Shown piece by piece: positions 1 through 12,295 of a DNA stretch of 64,000 bases. Within the stretch, counting starts at the first letter, position 1. Each line of letters starts with the position of its first letter. The translations under genes and the position numbers were made by a program. Under the pieces are notes generated by a model that was not told where the DNA came from, made no database searches, and was given only the letters and a program-made list of their open reading frames with translations. This DNA comes from Malacoraja senta (Eukaryota): assembly GCA_038087875.1 (NCBI GenBank), contig CM075989.1:23438001-23502000 (forward strand). The letters are read 5' to 3'.

Positions 1-260
1 CTCTCCCTCCTAACCCCATTCTCCTGCCTTCTCCCCATAACCCTTGACACCCGTACAAATCAAGAATCTATCTAACTCTGCCTTAAAAATATCCATTGAC
101 TTGACCTCCATAGCCTTCTGTGGCAATGAATTCCACAGATTCACTACCCTCTGAATAAAGAAATTCCTCATCTCCTCCCTAAAGGAACGTCCTTTTATTC
201 TGAGGCTATGACCTCCAGTCCACTAGTGGAAACATCCTCTCCACGTCCACTCTATCCTGG
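1..260 (-). mobile_element. CR1 LINE 3' fragment
   Basis: Reverse complement matches the RVVNLWNSLP / GYGEKAG region of the other copies. Confidence 0.8.
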
Positions 261-829
261 CTTATTATGTCAAAAGAGATTGGAGTTTTTGGGAAGGATT
301 GAACCCGGGTCATTTGCGCTGTAAGGCAGCAACCCTACCAAAGTAACTAAACTAAACTAAACTTGGAGCTTTCCAGAGTTTAGGTGCAGCCTGTGGAATG
401 TGTGGGATAATGATAGTGTACGGATGATCGTTGGTCGGCATGCCTCTGTGGGCCGAAGGGCCTGTTTGGGTGCTGTATCATCAAAGTGTAAAGTCTAACG
501 GTGCACTGGAAGGAGTAGTGGAATGCATATGTCAGTAGCATAAACCATATTCTAAGTATTCATAAACCATAACTAGGTATTCCTTAAACATATTACACTA
601 GTACAATTACTGTACATAATTGTATCTTCATGGTACAAAAATGTCTGGGAACAAAAATGTTAGTTTCTGTATAATTTTCCAAGCATGGAAACAAATGATG
701 CATAAAAAGTTGTTTCAAATCTATTTGTCTAATTCGCAAGTAGACATGGCTCCATAGTTAATGAGGCATCATTAGTATTTTAAATCATTCTTAAACTTAA
801 GCAGCATTCAAATGTACAAAAGGATACCA

Positions 830-1043
830 AGTGCTGGAGTAACTCAGCGGGTCAGGCAGCATCTGTGGAGAACATGGATAGGTGACGTTTCACAGAGTGC
901 TGGAGTAACTCAGCGTGTCAGGCAGCATCTGTGGAGAACATGGATAGGTGACGTTTCACAGAGTGCTGGAGTAACTCAGCGGGTCAGGCAGCATCTCTGG
1001 AGAACATGGATAGGTGACGTTTCAGGTCAGGACCCTTCTTCGA
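830..1043 (-). repeat. Three tandem 66-bp units of the Penelope-derived module
   Basis: Units start at 830, 896 and 962 and are nearly identical. Confidence 0.85.
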
Positions 1044-2788
1044 ATGTACAATATAATGTATCAAAATCTATCCTGCACTATTTTGCCAGAAACATTAACC
1101 AGCATATTTTAAACATATCTTGAAGGAACTATATGCAAGGTCATTGAAAGTGCCTCTTATAGTATCACACATAATTTCAGGGCAACTATATGTACCTACA
1201 ACAACAGATTAGTTAAAGCTAGCAAAGTAGAAAATATAAAGCTATAATTTGTCACACAGCTCTTGTTTGCTCAGAGGACCAATAGTACAGAGTGAATTGC
1301 AGATCTTTAATTTTTTTTTTGATTGGAAAGGGGTTTGTACTATAGATATTAACTAGGAGTTATAACGACAGAATGTAAGATAAGCACTGTCGCCAGTGTT
1401 ATGGGGGCTGTCATTTTTTACTCTGACCATGCATTTTAGAAACATAGATAATAGGTGCAGGAGTAGGCCATTCGACCCTTCGAGCCAGCACAGCTATTCA
1501 ATATGATCATGGCTAATCATCCAAAATCAGTACCCTGTTCCTGCTTTCTCCCCATATCGCTTGATTCCATTAGCTCTAAGAGCTAAATCTAACTCTCTCT
1601 TGAAAACATCCTGTCCAATTCCTTAAGAATGGTTTATTTTTATAAAATTATATATTTTTGTAATGGAATCTGCTATTGTTGACAATTGTTAGATTTCCCT
1701 CACCCACATTAATGGAAGTACCAAGGGACAACATAAATACAAGTTTCACATAGGCTGCTTTTAGCAGTAATTTATAAGTGAAATAGAAAAATGAGGTTAG
1801 AATTAGGAGATGAAAATAAAATAAGAATTGAATTATATCTGCACCCATTGGCCCAAATAACCCTTGAACTTTAACCTCATTCCACTTAAAAACTATAATT
1901 GGCTCCAAGATTCTGTGCACAATACCAGATGGGACTGATTAGCATTTTCCATAAATATTGTTTCTGGAAAGACAGGAAAAACAATTATTGGTCACCATGA
2001 TTGTGAGAAAATATCGGTAAAATGATGCAGAATTTCATCACAAATCTATTATTAAAATCTTTCAAATAATGGAGATAGACTTATTTTAATTGTTTCTCTG
2101 CCGTTTCTGATACTGGGATTTCTGACAGCAAATTCCTTAATGCTCCAGAGAACGTTTTATTTGGTATTCTTTCTTTCGCTCCTTCTCTCCCTCGTCTCCT
2201 CCTCTGCGTCTATCTTTCTCTCTCCCCTTCCCCCCCTCTGCTTCTCTCTCTCTCTCTCTCTCTCTCTCCCTCCCCTCTGATCTCTCTCTGCATCTTTCTC
2301 CCTCCCTCTCCCTGCATCTTCCTCTTCCCCCCCCCTGCATCTCACTCTATCTTTCTCTCCCCTCTGATCTCTCTCTCCCCCTCTCCCTCCTCCCTCTCAC
2401 CTCTGTCTCTCTCTCATCTCTCTCTCTCTCTCCCCTCCTTCTCTGCATCTATCTCTCTCAGGCACAGCATTTCCGCTCAGAGAAATTCCTGTATGCTCTA
2501 GAGAATGGTGACTGCATTGTGTTTTATTGTCTTACCATCTCTCTGAGAGCACTTTCTCACAAAGATATTCCTTTATGTTCTTAAGAATGATGATAGGTTA
2601 CATTCTATTATTTCTCTCCCCATTTCTCAATACCACTGCCAAAGATTTTTCTCACAAAGAACTTTACTAATGCTCTAGAAAATAATGATAGAATGCAGTT
2701 TATTATTTGTTTTTCTCATTGCGATTCTACACACTCTCACAAAGAAATGCATTTCTGCTCCAGAGAATTGTGATAGAATTGATTTTAG

Positions 2789-3552
<764 letters not shown>

Positions 3553-3842
3553 CTCTCAACGAACAACAATGTAAACCGTGCAGCTTTGTGTGCAGCCTGA
3601 GATTTCTATGCCTCGCCTGAGTTTAAAACCCCCCATAAATATGACATTCCAATCTTTCAGTAAATTCATTTGTTGCCATTATCGGTAAACATCGTATTGT
3701 TCTATTAATGAGCAATTTCCTTTTCATTGATTCTATTAGCAAAGAAACAGAGAGTGTTTTATGAACCCATGTTCCTGCCTCCTCAGCGTGCAATGGTAGA
3801 TGGGCCTTGAAACTCTGACCTGTGATCATTGACATTTACCCA

Positions 3843-4127
3843 CAGAATTAAAGGGCGCTCTTTTAGAAAGGAGGTGAGGAGGAACTTCTTTAGTCAGAGG
3901 GCAGTTAATCTGTGGAACTCATTGCCACAGAGGGCGGTGGAGGCCAAGTCTGTGGATATTTTTAATGCAGAGATAGACAAATTCTTAATTAGAATGGGTG
4001 TCAAGGGTCATTGGGAGAAGGCAGGAAGATGGGATTAGGAGGCAGAGATCAGCCATGATTGAATGGCAGAGTTGACTCGATGGGCCGAACAGCCTAATTC
4101 TACCCCTATAACTTGTGAACTTGTGAA
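3843..4127 (+). mobile_element. CR1 LINE 3' end
   Basis: RIKGRSFRKEVRRNFFSQRAVNLWNSLPQRAVEA; (ACTTGTGA)2 tail. Confidence 0.85.
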
Positions 4128-4278
4128 TCTACAGTGGCTACATAAAGGTTCACTGCGTTCCCCAGCATCTGGTGTTGGAGGATGGAATACACCAGTCGGC
4201 ATCATTTGGTTGTAAGAAGTTCCTTGTACTGAAACACCAGCAGGTTTCAGGCAGATACCAGAGCATCTTTCACCAAGT

Positions 4279-4731
4279 TTAGACTTTAGACTTGACTTTA
4301 GACTCTACAGCGTAGAAACAGGCCCTTGGGCCCACCGGGTGCGCGTTGATCACCGATGGGCCCGTACACTAACCTTCACACACTAGGGAAGATTTTACAA
4401 CGTACCGAAACGAATTAACCAGCATGTCTTTGGAACGTGGGAGGAAATCGGTGCATTAATCGATAATGTTATATTATTAATATTTAATGTTTTATGTGTC
4501 ATTCTTAATTGTCACTGTATGTCATGTTGTCACTTGCGAGCGGAGCACCAAGGCAAATTCCTTGTATGTGAACATACTTGGCCAATAAACTTATTCATTC
4601 ATTCATCCGGAGAAAACCCACGTGGTCACAGGGAGAATGTACAAACTTCGTACAGAGAGCACCCGTGGTCAGGATCGAACCCTGGTCTCTGGCGCTGTGA
4701 GGCAGCAACTCTACCGCTGTGCCACCGTGCC
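4279..4731 (-). mobile_element. tRNA-derived SINE interrupted by a Rex1-type 3'UTR insertion (~4456-4606)
   Basis: Same family as the 5150 copy; the insert matches the 3' end of the 29129 LINE. Confidence 0.8.
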
Positions 4732-5149
4732 GTTTCTTGCATCACTGTACTGTCCTATCCACAGTTGTTAATCTTCTGGCAGCACTGGTCTCAGGGTGAG
4801 CTCCTGAGAAGGGTCTGCATCACACAGCTGTCTGGAAGAAACTCAACAAACATGGCAGTCTCCTTCCGTACCGTCTTGGGAAAAATTAATTCCAGAGATA
4901 GGTAGTTGACCATCTCCTTCCCACCACTGTCACCTTATGATAATGGTACTGGTTCATTATTCTCACGTATCAAGGCAAATGAAAAGCTTTTGTTTGCGTG
5001 CTATCCAGCCAATCCAGTCTAATTCCAGATTCAATCAGGATGCTTTCTGTTTCCCACCAATTGATCAGGTAGCTTTACATGTGTCTGTGTGAAGCTGTTA
5101 TATCCAACTGATAATTCACTTAGTAAATTCAGTTTTAGAGGGGTGGGAT

Positions 5150-5440
5150 GGCATGGTGGCACAGCGATAGAGTTGCTGCCTTACAATGCCAGAGACCCTG
5201 GTTCGATCCTGACTATGGGTGCTGTCTATATGGAGTTTGTATGTTCTCCCTGTGACCTGCGTGGGTTTTCTCCGGGTGCTCTGGTATCCTCCCACATTCC
5301 AAAGACGTGCAGGTTTGCAGGTTAATTAGCTTCTGTAAGTTGCCGCCAGTGTGCAGGGTAGAACTAGTGTATGGGGTGATCACTGGTCAGTTCGGACTCG
5401 GTGGGCCTGTTTCTTCGCTGTATTTCTGAACTAAACTAAA
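5150..5440 (+). mobile_element. tRNA-derived SINE (HE1/V-SINE-like)
   Basis: A box TGGCACAGCGATAG, B box GGTTCGATCC, core TTCTCCCTGTGACCTGCGTGGGTTTTCTCCGGGTGCTC, (CTAAA)n tail. Confidence 0.85.
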
Positions 5441-5797
5441 GCGAATGAGCCCATTACATATTCTGACATGCTTTCTCCTGGACCAAGCCAAGTAAGAATG
5501 TGTCCATCCCCTAGTCCTGTGCAGACAGTCATATCCAGAGCAGGGCAAGGCTACCAGCAACCATCCTGGAGGGTTGAGTACAGGTCTGGCCTGGGTGCAT
5601 TACGAACGACAGAGCAGAGCTGGTGAATACCTTGGACTTACTGTGGCCAGACTGACAATTCCCATGCAGTGTTAACGAAATAAAACCACCAGCATGATCA
5701 AGGATCAGTCTCCCCCCGGTCACTTCCTCTTCTCCCCTCTCCCCTCTCCCCTCTCCCATCGGGCAAGAGGTACAGAAGGTGTGAAAACGCACACCTC

Positions 5798-5997
5798 NNN
5801 NNNNNNNNNNNNNNNNNNNNNNNNNNNNNNNNNNNNNNNNNNNNNNNNNNNNNNNNNNNNNNNNNNNNNNNNNNNNNNNNNNNNNNNNNNNNNNNNNNNN
5901 NNNNNNNNNNNNNNNNNNNNNNNNNNNNNNNNNNNNNNNNNNNNNNNNNNNNNNNNNNNNNNNNNNNNNNNNNNNNNNNNNNNNNNNNNNNNNNNNN
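5798..5997. other. Assembly gap (200 N)
   Basis: Run of N. Confidence 1.
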
Positions 5998-6640
5998 TAA
6001 AGTGAAACACACTCAAGGGCAGCAATGAGGTAACACATATCTCACATATATATTTACGCTATGAATAAATGTACCAGAAACAGTGATTGTTTATCCACTA
6101 TATAATCAGTTATACTATTTTACCGAAGGATTGCCTATATTTAGATATGTATAAACATTTATATTAATTACTCAATAGAGTGCATGATATCTGCTGGAGG
6201 TTGGGGTTTGGAGCACTAATATGTTTTCTATATTAATTTCTTAGCATGAATACAGGACATAAGCGTTGTAGAGGGAATAACTGGTGATCAAGGTAGGATT
6301 TGTGTAAATAGGTGCTTGGTGGTCAGTACCACCTCAGACGGCCAAAGGACCTGTTTCCATGCTGCATGATTCCATACTTTGAAATTCTGAAGAGGACTGA
6401 AAGGTCCAATATGACAATGAGCCAGACATAAGCAGGTTGCAGATGTAGAGGGGCAAAGAGGCAGCAATAAAACGGATGAACATTCAATGAAGAGGGTGTG
6501 AAATTATACATTTGGAAGGAAACTGAGGTAGCTTAATGCAAGTTAAGTGGCACAGTAACTAATGAATATAGTGATTAACGTACACATATGTTCTGGGAAA
6601 GGCATATCTTGACTTAAGTATCCCGGCATTATAAATAGGG

Positions 6641-8350
6641 TAGACACAAATGCTGGAGTAACTCAGCGGGTCAGGCAGCATCTCTGGAGAGAAAGAATAG
6701 GTGACGTTTTGGGTCGAGGCCCTTCATCAGACCCTCTTCTGACGAAGGGTCTCGACCCTAAACGTCACCCATTCCTTCTCTCCAGAGATGCTGCCTGACC
6801 CGCACCATTCCTCCAGCACTTTGTGTCTATCTTCGGTATAAACCAGCATCTGCAGTTCCTTTCTACACTATTGAACCTGGGACTTTCTTTACAAAGTGAG
6901 TGATAGGATTTTAATTCAAATATTTTTTTAAAAACACCTCTTCTAGCTTTCACTTTTACTTCAGTCAGTCGAAAAGAGGTCCCGCCCCGAAAAGTTGTCT
7001 ATCCATTTTCTCCAGAGATGCTGCCTGACCCGCTGAGCTACTCCAGCACTTTGTGTCTTATTTTGTTGTAAACCAGCACCTGCAGTTCCTCATGTCTATC
7101 TTTAAAAAAAGTGTTGGAAGGAACTGCAGATTCTGGTTTACACCGAAGATAGACACAAAATGCTGGAGTAACTCAACGGGACAGGAAAAGGAATAGGTGA
7201 TGTTTTGGGTCGAGACCCTTCTGCAAACTGTTAAAAAGTAATGTGTTGACAAAGTATAAAGGGTTAAACTATTTTCACAAGCGGGCTGGACGGTAACCAC
7301 AATGAAGCTAATTTCCCAAATAAGAAATTGCAGGAAGGAAATGGGAAGATATGGTTTCACTCAGCAAATTTGGATACTGAATTAGTGGTATACCCTAAAT
7401 AGTGCAGCAGTAGACGAATAAGAAGTGAATTACAATGTGCAAGGGAGTGGAATGCAAAGAGTGAAGGAGGAAATGTCCTTCTGTGCTGTGCGATTCAACA
7501 GGATCGAAAGTTTGAGTGTGTTTCTGATGAATGCACTCATGCCTTGGGCAGTAAATGAGATTGCGCCCTCACACAAGGACGATAGACACAAAATGCTGGA
7601 GTAACTCAGCGGGTCAGGCAGCATGTCTGGAGAGAAGGAATGGATGACGTTTCTTCTGCAAGGTCAGTATGGGAATGGGAGGGGGAGTTAAAGTGTCTGA
7701 CAACTGGGAGATCGTGGAGGCCTAGGCAGACTCCCCCTCCCATTCCCATACAGGCCTTTCTTTAGTCTGAAGAAGGATCTTGACCCATTCCTTCTCTCCA
7801 GAGATGCTGCCTGTCCTGAGAGTTATTCCAGCATTTTGTGATTTCTCTAACTTCAAGTAACCCTTGCTTTCCCTCCCCCCCCCCCCACCCCCACCACTCT
7901 CATTCTCCAACCAATTTTTGATGTCCTCCTGATTAATTTTGCTGATTGTATGCCTCGTTGTCACTTCAGCCAACAATGAACCATTCTACATTTCCTTGAC
8001 CATTGTCTGCTTTGATCTGTGCTTTTTAACACACCTTACCCTTCCTTATCTCTAATCCCCACCCCACCCCCCTGACTCTCAGTCTGAAGAAGGGTCTCGA
8101 CCCCAAACATTCCCCATTTCTTCTCTCCAGAGTTGCTCTAGTTTTTTTGTGTGTAAACCAGCATCTGCAGTTCCTTCTTACACATCTTTCTGCTCCATTG
8201 TGAAATATCCTCAAGGTATGTATATGCCTACTTTGATGAAGTTCTCCTCCTCTCTCTCCCACGGGAGTTGTGCAGAGTCTGGAGAGGGGATGGCTCTTTC
8301 TCCAGAGATGCTGTCCCACTGAGTTCCTCCAGCACTTTGTTCTACCTTGG
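6641..8350. mobile_element. Cluster of Penelope-like element remnants (pseudo-LTR modules in inverted pairs plus GIY-YIG ORF-end fragments)
   Basis: Inverted pairs at 6641-6829 and 6965-7225; minus-strand DLPVVRHFNSPSHSHTDL (7661-7723); plus-strand DFSNFK* at 7840-7860 followed by a 3' region ending in the module. Confidence 0.75.
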
Positions 8351-8419
8351 GTGTAGAGCAAGTCCCTGAAGGGACATCTGCAGTGACAGCCTCCCTCCCG
8401 TGCAACCTAACTTGACCCT

Positions 8420-8600
8420 GACCCAAATCCCGCCCTTTTGTGGGCGGCGGACAGCCCCGCGGCGGGGGCGGGAGATCGGCGCTGCAGACGCTGATTGGTC
8501 GCGGATGCCGTCACTCAGCGCGGCAGGAGGCGGGACCTGAGGGTAGACGGGCGGGGATTGGCCGCGGCGGCTGTCAGTCAGGGCTGACAGTCGGGTTTGG
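8420..8600 (+). promoter_or_regulatory. ZNF710: CpG-island promoter of ZNF710 (GC boxes, two inverted CCAAT boxes, TGACAG motifs)
   Basis: Abrupt CpG-rich island; several GGGCGG/CCGCCC boxes; ATTGG at 8494 and 8557; it is the main CpG island upstream of the ZNF710 coding exons. Confidence 0.7.
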
Positions 8601-8935
8601 TTGACAGACGGCGGCGGCCTTCGCGTTCCCGGTGCCCGCCCGCCATGGGGGAGGACGTCGCCTCAGTCAACGCCAACGCCTCACCGGCCCCTCAACGTCT
8701 CCATCACCATCACCACTGCCTCCCCATCCTCGCCGCCGCCAGCCTAGAGCCCAGGGCTCCGGGAGAAGGCGGACCAGGCTCGGGCCGGCCCCGGGACAAG
8801 AGGCAGGGGACCCGGTTCCCCTCGTAACCTCCTCCCTGACTCCCCGCCGACCCCTGACCCACTCGCACTGAGCGCGGCGGCGGCGACGGTCTGTGTGAGA
8901 GTGAGTGTGACTCTGACTCCTTCAGCATTGATCAG
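8600..8935 (+). other. ZNF710: Probable non-coding first exon of ZNF710 (start approximate)
   Basis: Follows the promoter motifs; donor CAG|GTCAGT at 8935/8936 (alternative AGA|GTGAGT at 8900/8901); in-frame stops prevent fusion to the main ORF. Confidence 0.5.
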
Positions 8936-8944
8936 GTCAGTGCC

Positions 8945-9650
8945 TCCTCTCCCTCCCTCCCTCCCTCCGTTTCACCCCTTCCCCTCCTCCTTCCTTCCCC
9001 TCCTCCCGTCCCCCCACTCCACCCACCCTCTCCCCCCACCCCCCAACCCTCTCCCCCCCACCTTCCCCTATCCCCTCTCACCCTCCTCTTCCCTCCCTTC
9101 CCCTCCCCCCTTCCCCCTTCCCCCTCCCCCTTCTCCTTCATCCCTCCTCCTCCTCCATCCCCTCCCCCTCCTCCCCTCCCCCTCCTCCATCCCCTCCCCC
9201 CTCCATCCCCTCCCCCTCCATCCCCTCCCCCTCCTCCATTCCCTCCTCCTCCATCCCCTCCCCCTCCTCCTCCTCCATCCCCTCCCCCTCCATCCCCTCC
9301 CCCTCCATCCCCTCCCCCTCCTCCATTCCCTCCCCCTCTCCCCCTCCTCCATCCCCCCCTCCATCCCCTCCTCCCCTCCCCCTCCCCATCCCCTCCCCCA
9401 TCCCCTCCCCCTCCTCCCCTTCCCCTCCTCCATCCCCTCCCCCTCCTCTATCCCCTCCCCCTCCATCCCCCTCCCCCTCCATCCCTCCCCCTCCTCCTCC
9501 CTTCCCTCCATCCCCTCCATCCCCTCCTCCCTCCCTCCCCTCCATCGCCTCCCCTCCCCCTCCTCCTCCTCCTCCCTCCCCCTCCATCCCCTCCTCTCTC
9601 CCCTCCCCCTCCATCCCCTCCCTCCCCTCCCCTCCCCTCCTCCTCCCCTC
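8945..9650. repeat. C-rich polypyrimidine low-complexity tract (further tract at 10710-10960; (GA)n at 11067-11167)
   Basis: CCTCCATCCCCTCCC-like units. Confidence 0.9.
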
Positions 9651-9676
9651 AGCTTCTGGAATGTTTTGAGGATGTA

Positions 9677-10709
9677 ATTAGGAAAATGGACAAGGGAGAG
9701 GCAGTGGATGTAGTGGACCTGGACTTTCAGAAAGCATTTGATAAAAATAGGAGAATAGTGGGCAAAATTAGAGCACATTGGGGGTAAGGTACTGACATGG
9801 ATAGAAAATTGGTTGGCAGACAGGAACCGAAGAGTAGGGATTAACGGGTCCTTTTCAGAATGGCAGGCAGTGACTAATGGGGTACTGCAAGGCTCGGTGC
9901 TGGGACCGCAGTTATTTACAATATACATCAATGATTTAGATGAAGGGATTAAAAGTAACATTAGCAAATTTGCAGGTGACACAAAGCTGGGTGGCAGTTT
10001 GAACTGTGAGGAGGATGCCATGAGAATGCAGGGTGACTTGGACAGGTTGGGTGAGTGGGCAGATGCATGGCAGATGCAGTTTAATGTGGATAAATGTGAG
10101 GTTATCCACTTTGGTGGCAAGAACAGGAAGGCAGATTATTATCTGGATGGTGTCGGGAAGCATGTTGGCCTTCATAACAAGAGGAGTTGAGTATAGGACA
10201 AATAGGTCCTTCTGCTGTTGTGCAGGGTCCTAGTGAGCCCACACTGGAGTTTTGTGTGTAGTTTTGGTCTCCAAATTTGAGGAAGGACATTCTTGCTATT
10301 GAGGGAGTGCAGCGTAGCTTCACGAGGTTAATTCCCGGGATGGCTGGACTGTCATATGTTGAAAGAATGGAGCAGCTAGGCTTGTATACTCTGTAATTGT
10401 GAAGGATGAGAGGGAATCTTATTGAAACATATAAGATTATTAAGGGTTTGGACACACTAGAGGCAGGAAACATGTTCCCGATGTTGGGGGAGTCCAGAAC
10501 CAGGGCCCCAATTCTCTGCCTCAGAAGGCAGTGGAGACCATTCTCTGGATGCTTTCAAGAGTGAGTTAGATAGAGCCCTTAAAGATAGCAGTCGGGCGAT
10601 ATGGGGAGAAGGCAGGAACGGGGTACTGATTGTGGATGATCAGCCATGATCACAGTGAATGGCGGTGCTGGCTCGAGGGGCTGAATGGCCTACTCCTGCG
10701 CCTATTGTT
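9677..10709 (+). mobile_element. CR1-type LINE fragment (RT), with internal deletions
   Basis: GVLQGSVLGPQLFTIYINDL, SKFAGDTKLGG; CR1 3'UTR ending GGCCTACTCCTGCGCCTAT. Confidence 0.9.
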
Positions 10710-11076
10710 TCCCTTCCCACCTCCCCTCCCCCCCTACCCCCTCCCCCCTACCCCCTCCCTCCCCTCCCCTACCCCCTTCCTCCCCCTCCCCTACCCCCTT
10801 CCCTCCCCTACCCCCTTCCCTCCCCTACCCCCTTCCCTCCCCTACCCCCTTCCCTCCCCTACCCCCCTCCCTCCCCCTCCCCCCTTCCCTCCCCCTTCTC
10901 TCCCTCCTCTCCCCCTCCCCCTCCTCTCCCCCCTCCCCGTCTTCTTCCCTCCCACCCTCCCTGTTAGTCTGCTCAGCTGCAAACAGGGCTTTAGCTTGGG
11001 GGCCCCAGTCCCTCTCTCTCCCTCTTGCTAAACATGTCTTTCACTTCCACTTTCCCTCCTGCACACAGAGAGAGAG

Positions 11077-11114
<38 letters not shown>

Positions 11115-12295
11115 GGGGAGAGAGAGCGAGGGAGGGAGGGAGGAAGAGAGAGAGAGAGAGAGAGAGAAGTAAATGGCGTCTCCGCTGAGCAGACAAGACG
11201 AGAAGGGTTTGAAAGCTTATTCCTCACGACAGACAGGGTTGGAGGGAGGGGTGAGAAAGGAGGCAACTTATGAAAACTCAAATTATACATGGGTAGGGGG
11301 GAAGAAACGTAGTCTGTGGGTTTTCATCTTTTAATGAAGTATCTGCATGTTTTGTTGTCGCAATAATTTCTTTGTTAGGCTGTTCAGTTATGGCAGTCTG
11401 TGGTTATTCCCAAAGTGAACTGAAATTTTTTTTTTTGAGGTAAAGGTTTTTATCTTCAACATCTCTCTTTTCAGCTTTCTTTTGTGCACAAAGTCTGCAT
11501 TCCTCTTTTCAAAGCTTTCTCTTTCATTCACCCCCTTTCTGAAATTATTTCTCTTTTGTCCCTGTTCTCTTTTCTTTCCCTCTCTCTCTCTATTCATCCC
11601 TTTTTCCTATTTTCCTGATTATTTTAAGATGGGGGAAGTGCTGTAAAAAAACTGTGGGGGAAAAAAACTTTCCTGCCTTCATACAAAGCAGATGGTACCA
11701 ATGGAGAGATCTTGAGTAAACTATATTTGGTAGTGGACTGGTCTGTAATGTTAATGGTAGGGTACAGTACCTGTTGACATAAGGATTTGTCTCTTTCATT
11801 CCAGTCGCATCAGCTTCTTACTTTCACCCGACAAACAGCTAACAAAAAAGGGAAAATAGGTGCAGTAGGACATTCGGCTCATCTAGCCAATCAATATGAT
11901 CATGGCTGATCATCCAAAATCAGTAACCCGTTCCGGCTTTTTCCCCATAACCCTTGATTCCCTTACCCTTAAGAGCTAAATCTAACTCTCTCTTGAAAAC
12001 AAAGGCCTGTTTCCTTTGTCATCATTACTTTTTTGCATATCTTTCATTCATTGTTCTTTATTTCTCGACATCATCGTCTGTATCTCTTGTTTCCCTTTTG
12101 CCTAACTAGTCTGAAGAAGGGTCTCGACCCGAAATGTCCCCCCTTCTTTTCTCCAGAGATGCTACCTGTCCCGCTTAGTTACTCCAGCTTTTTGTGTATC
12201 TCCTTTCCATGTTGGGTTCAGTTGTTTAAATATAGGAAGTTACTGAGAGATGAGATTAGTTCATTAAACAAAACTGAAGTGGATGAGTCAAACTC

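Noticed and set aside
812..1123. 103-aa ORF with 22-aa repeats; superficially CRISPR-like periodicity
   Set aside because: Tandem 66-bp repeat units without unique spacers, in eukaryotic DNA, with no cas genes
5150..5225. tRNA-like A/B boxes
   Set aside because: SINE heads, not tRNA genes: no complete cloverleaf, and followed by SINE core and tail
8895..10120. 260-350 aa Pro-rich or Gly/Glu-rich ORFs
   Set aside because: Low-complexity C-rich tract plus antisense CR1; no coding signature
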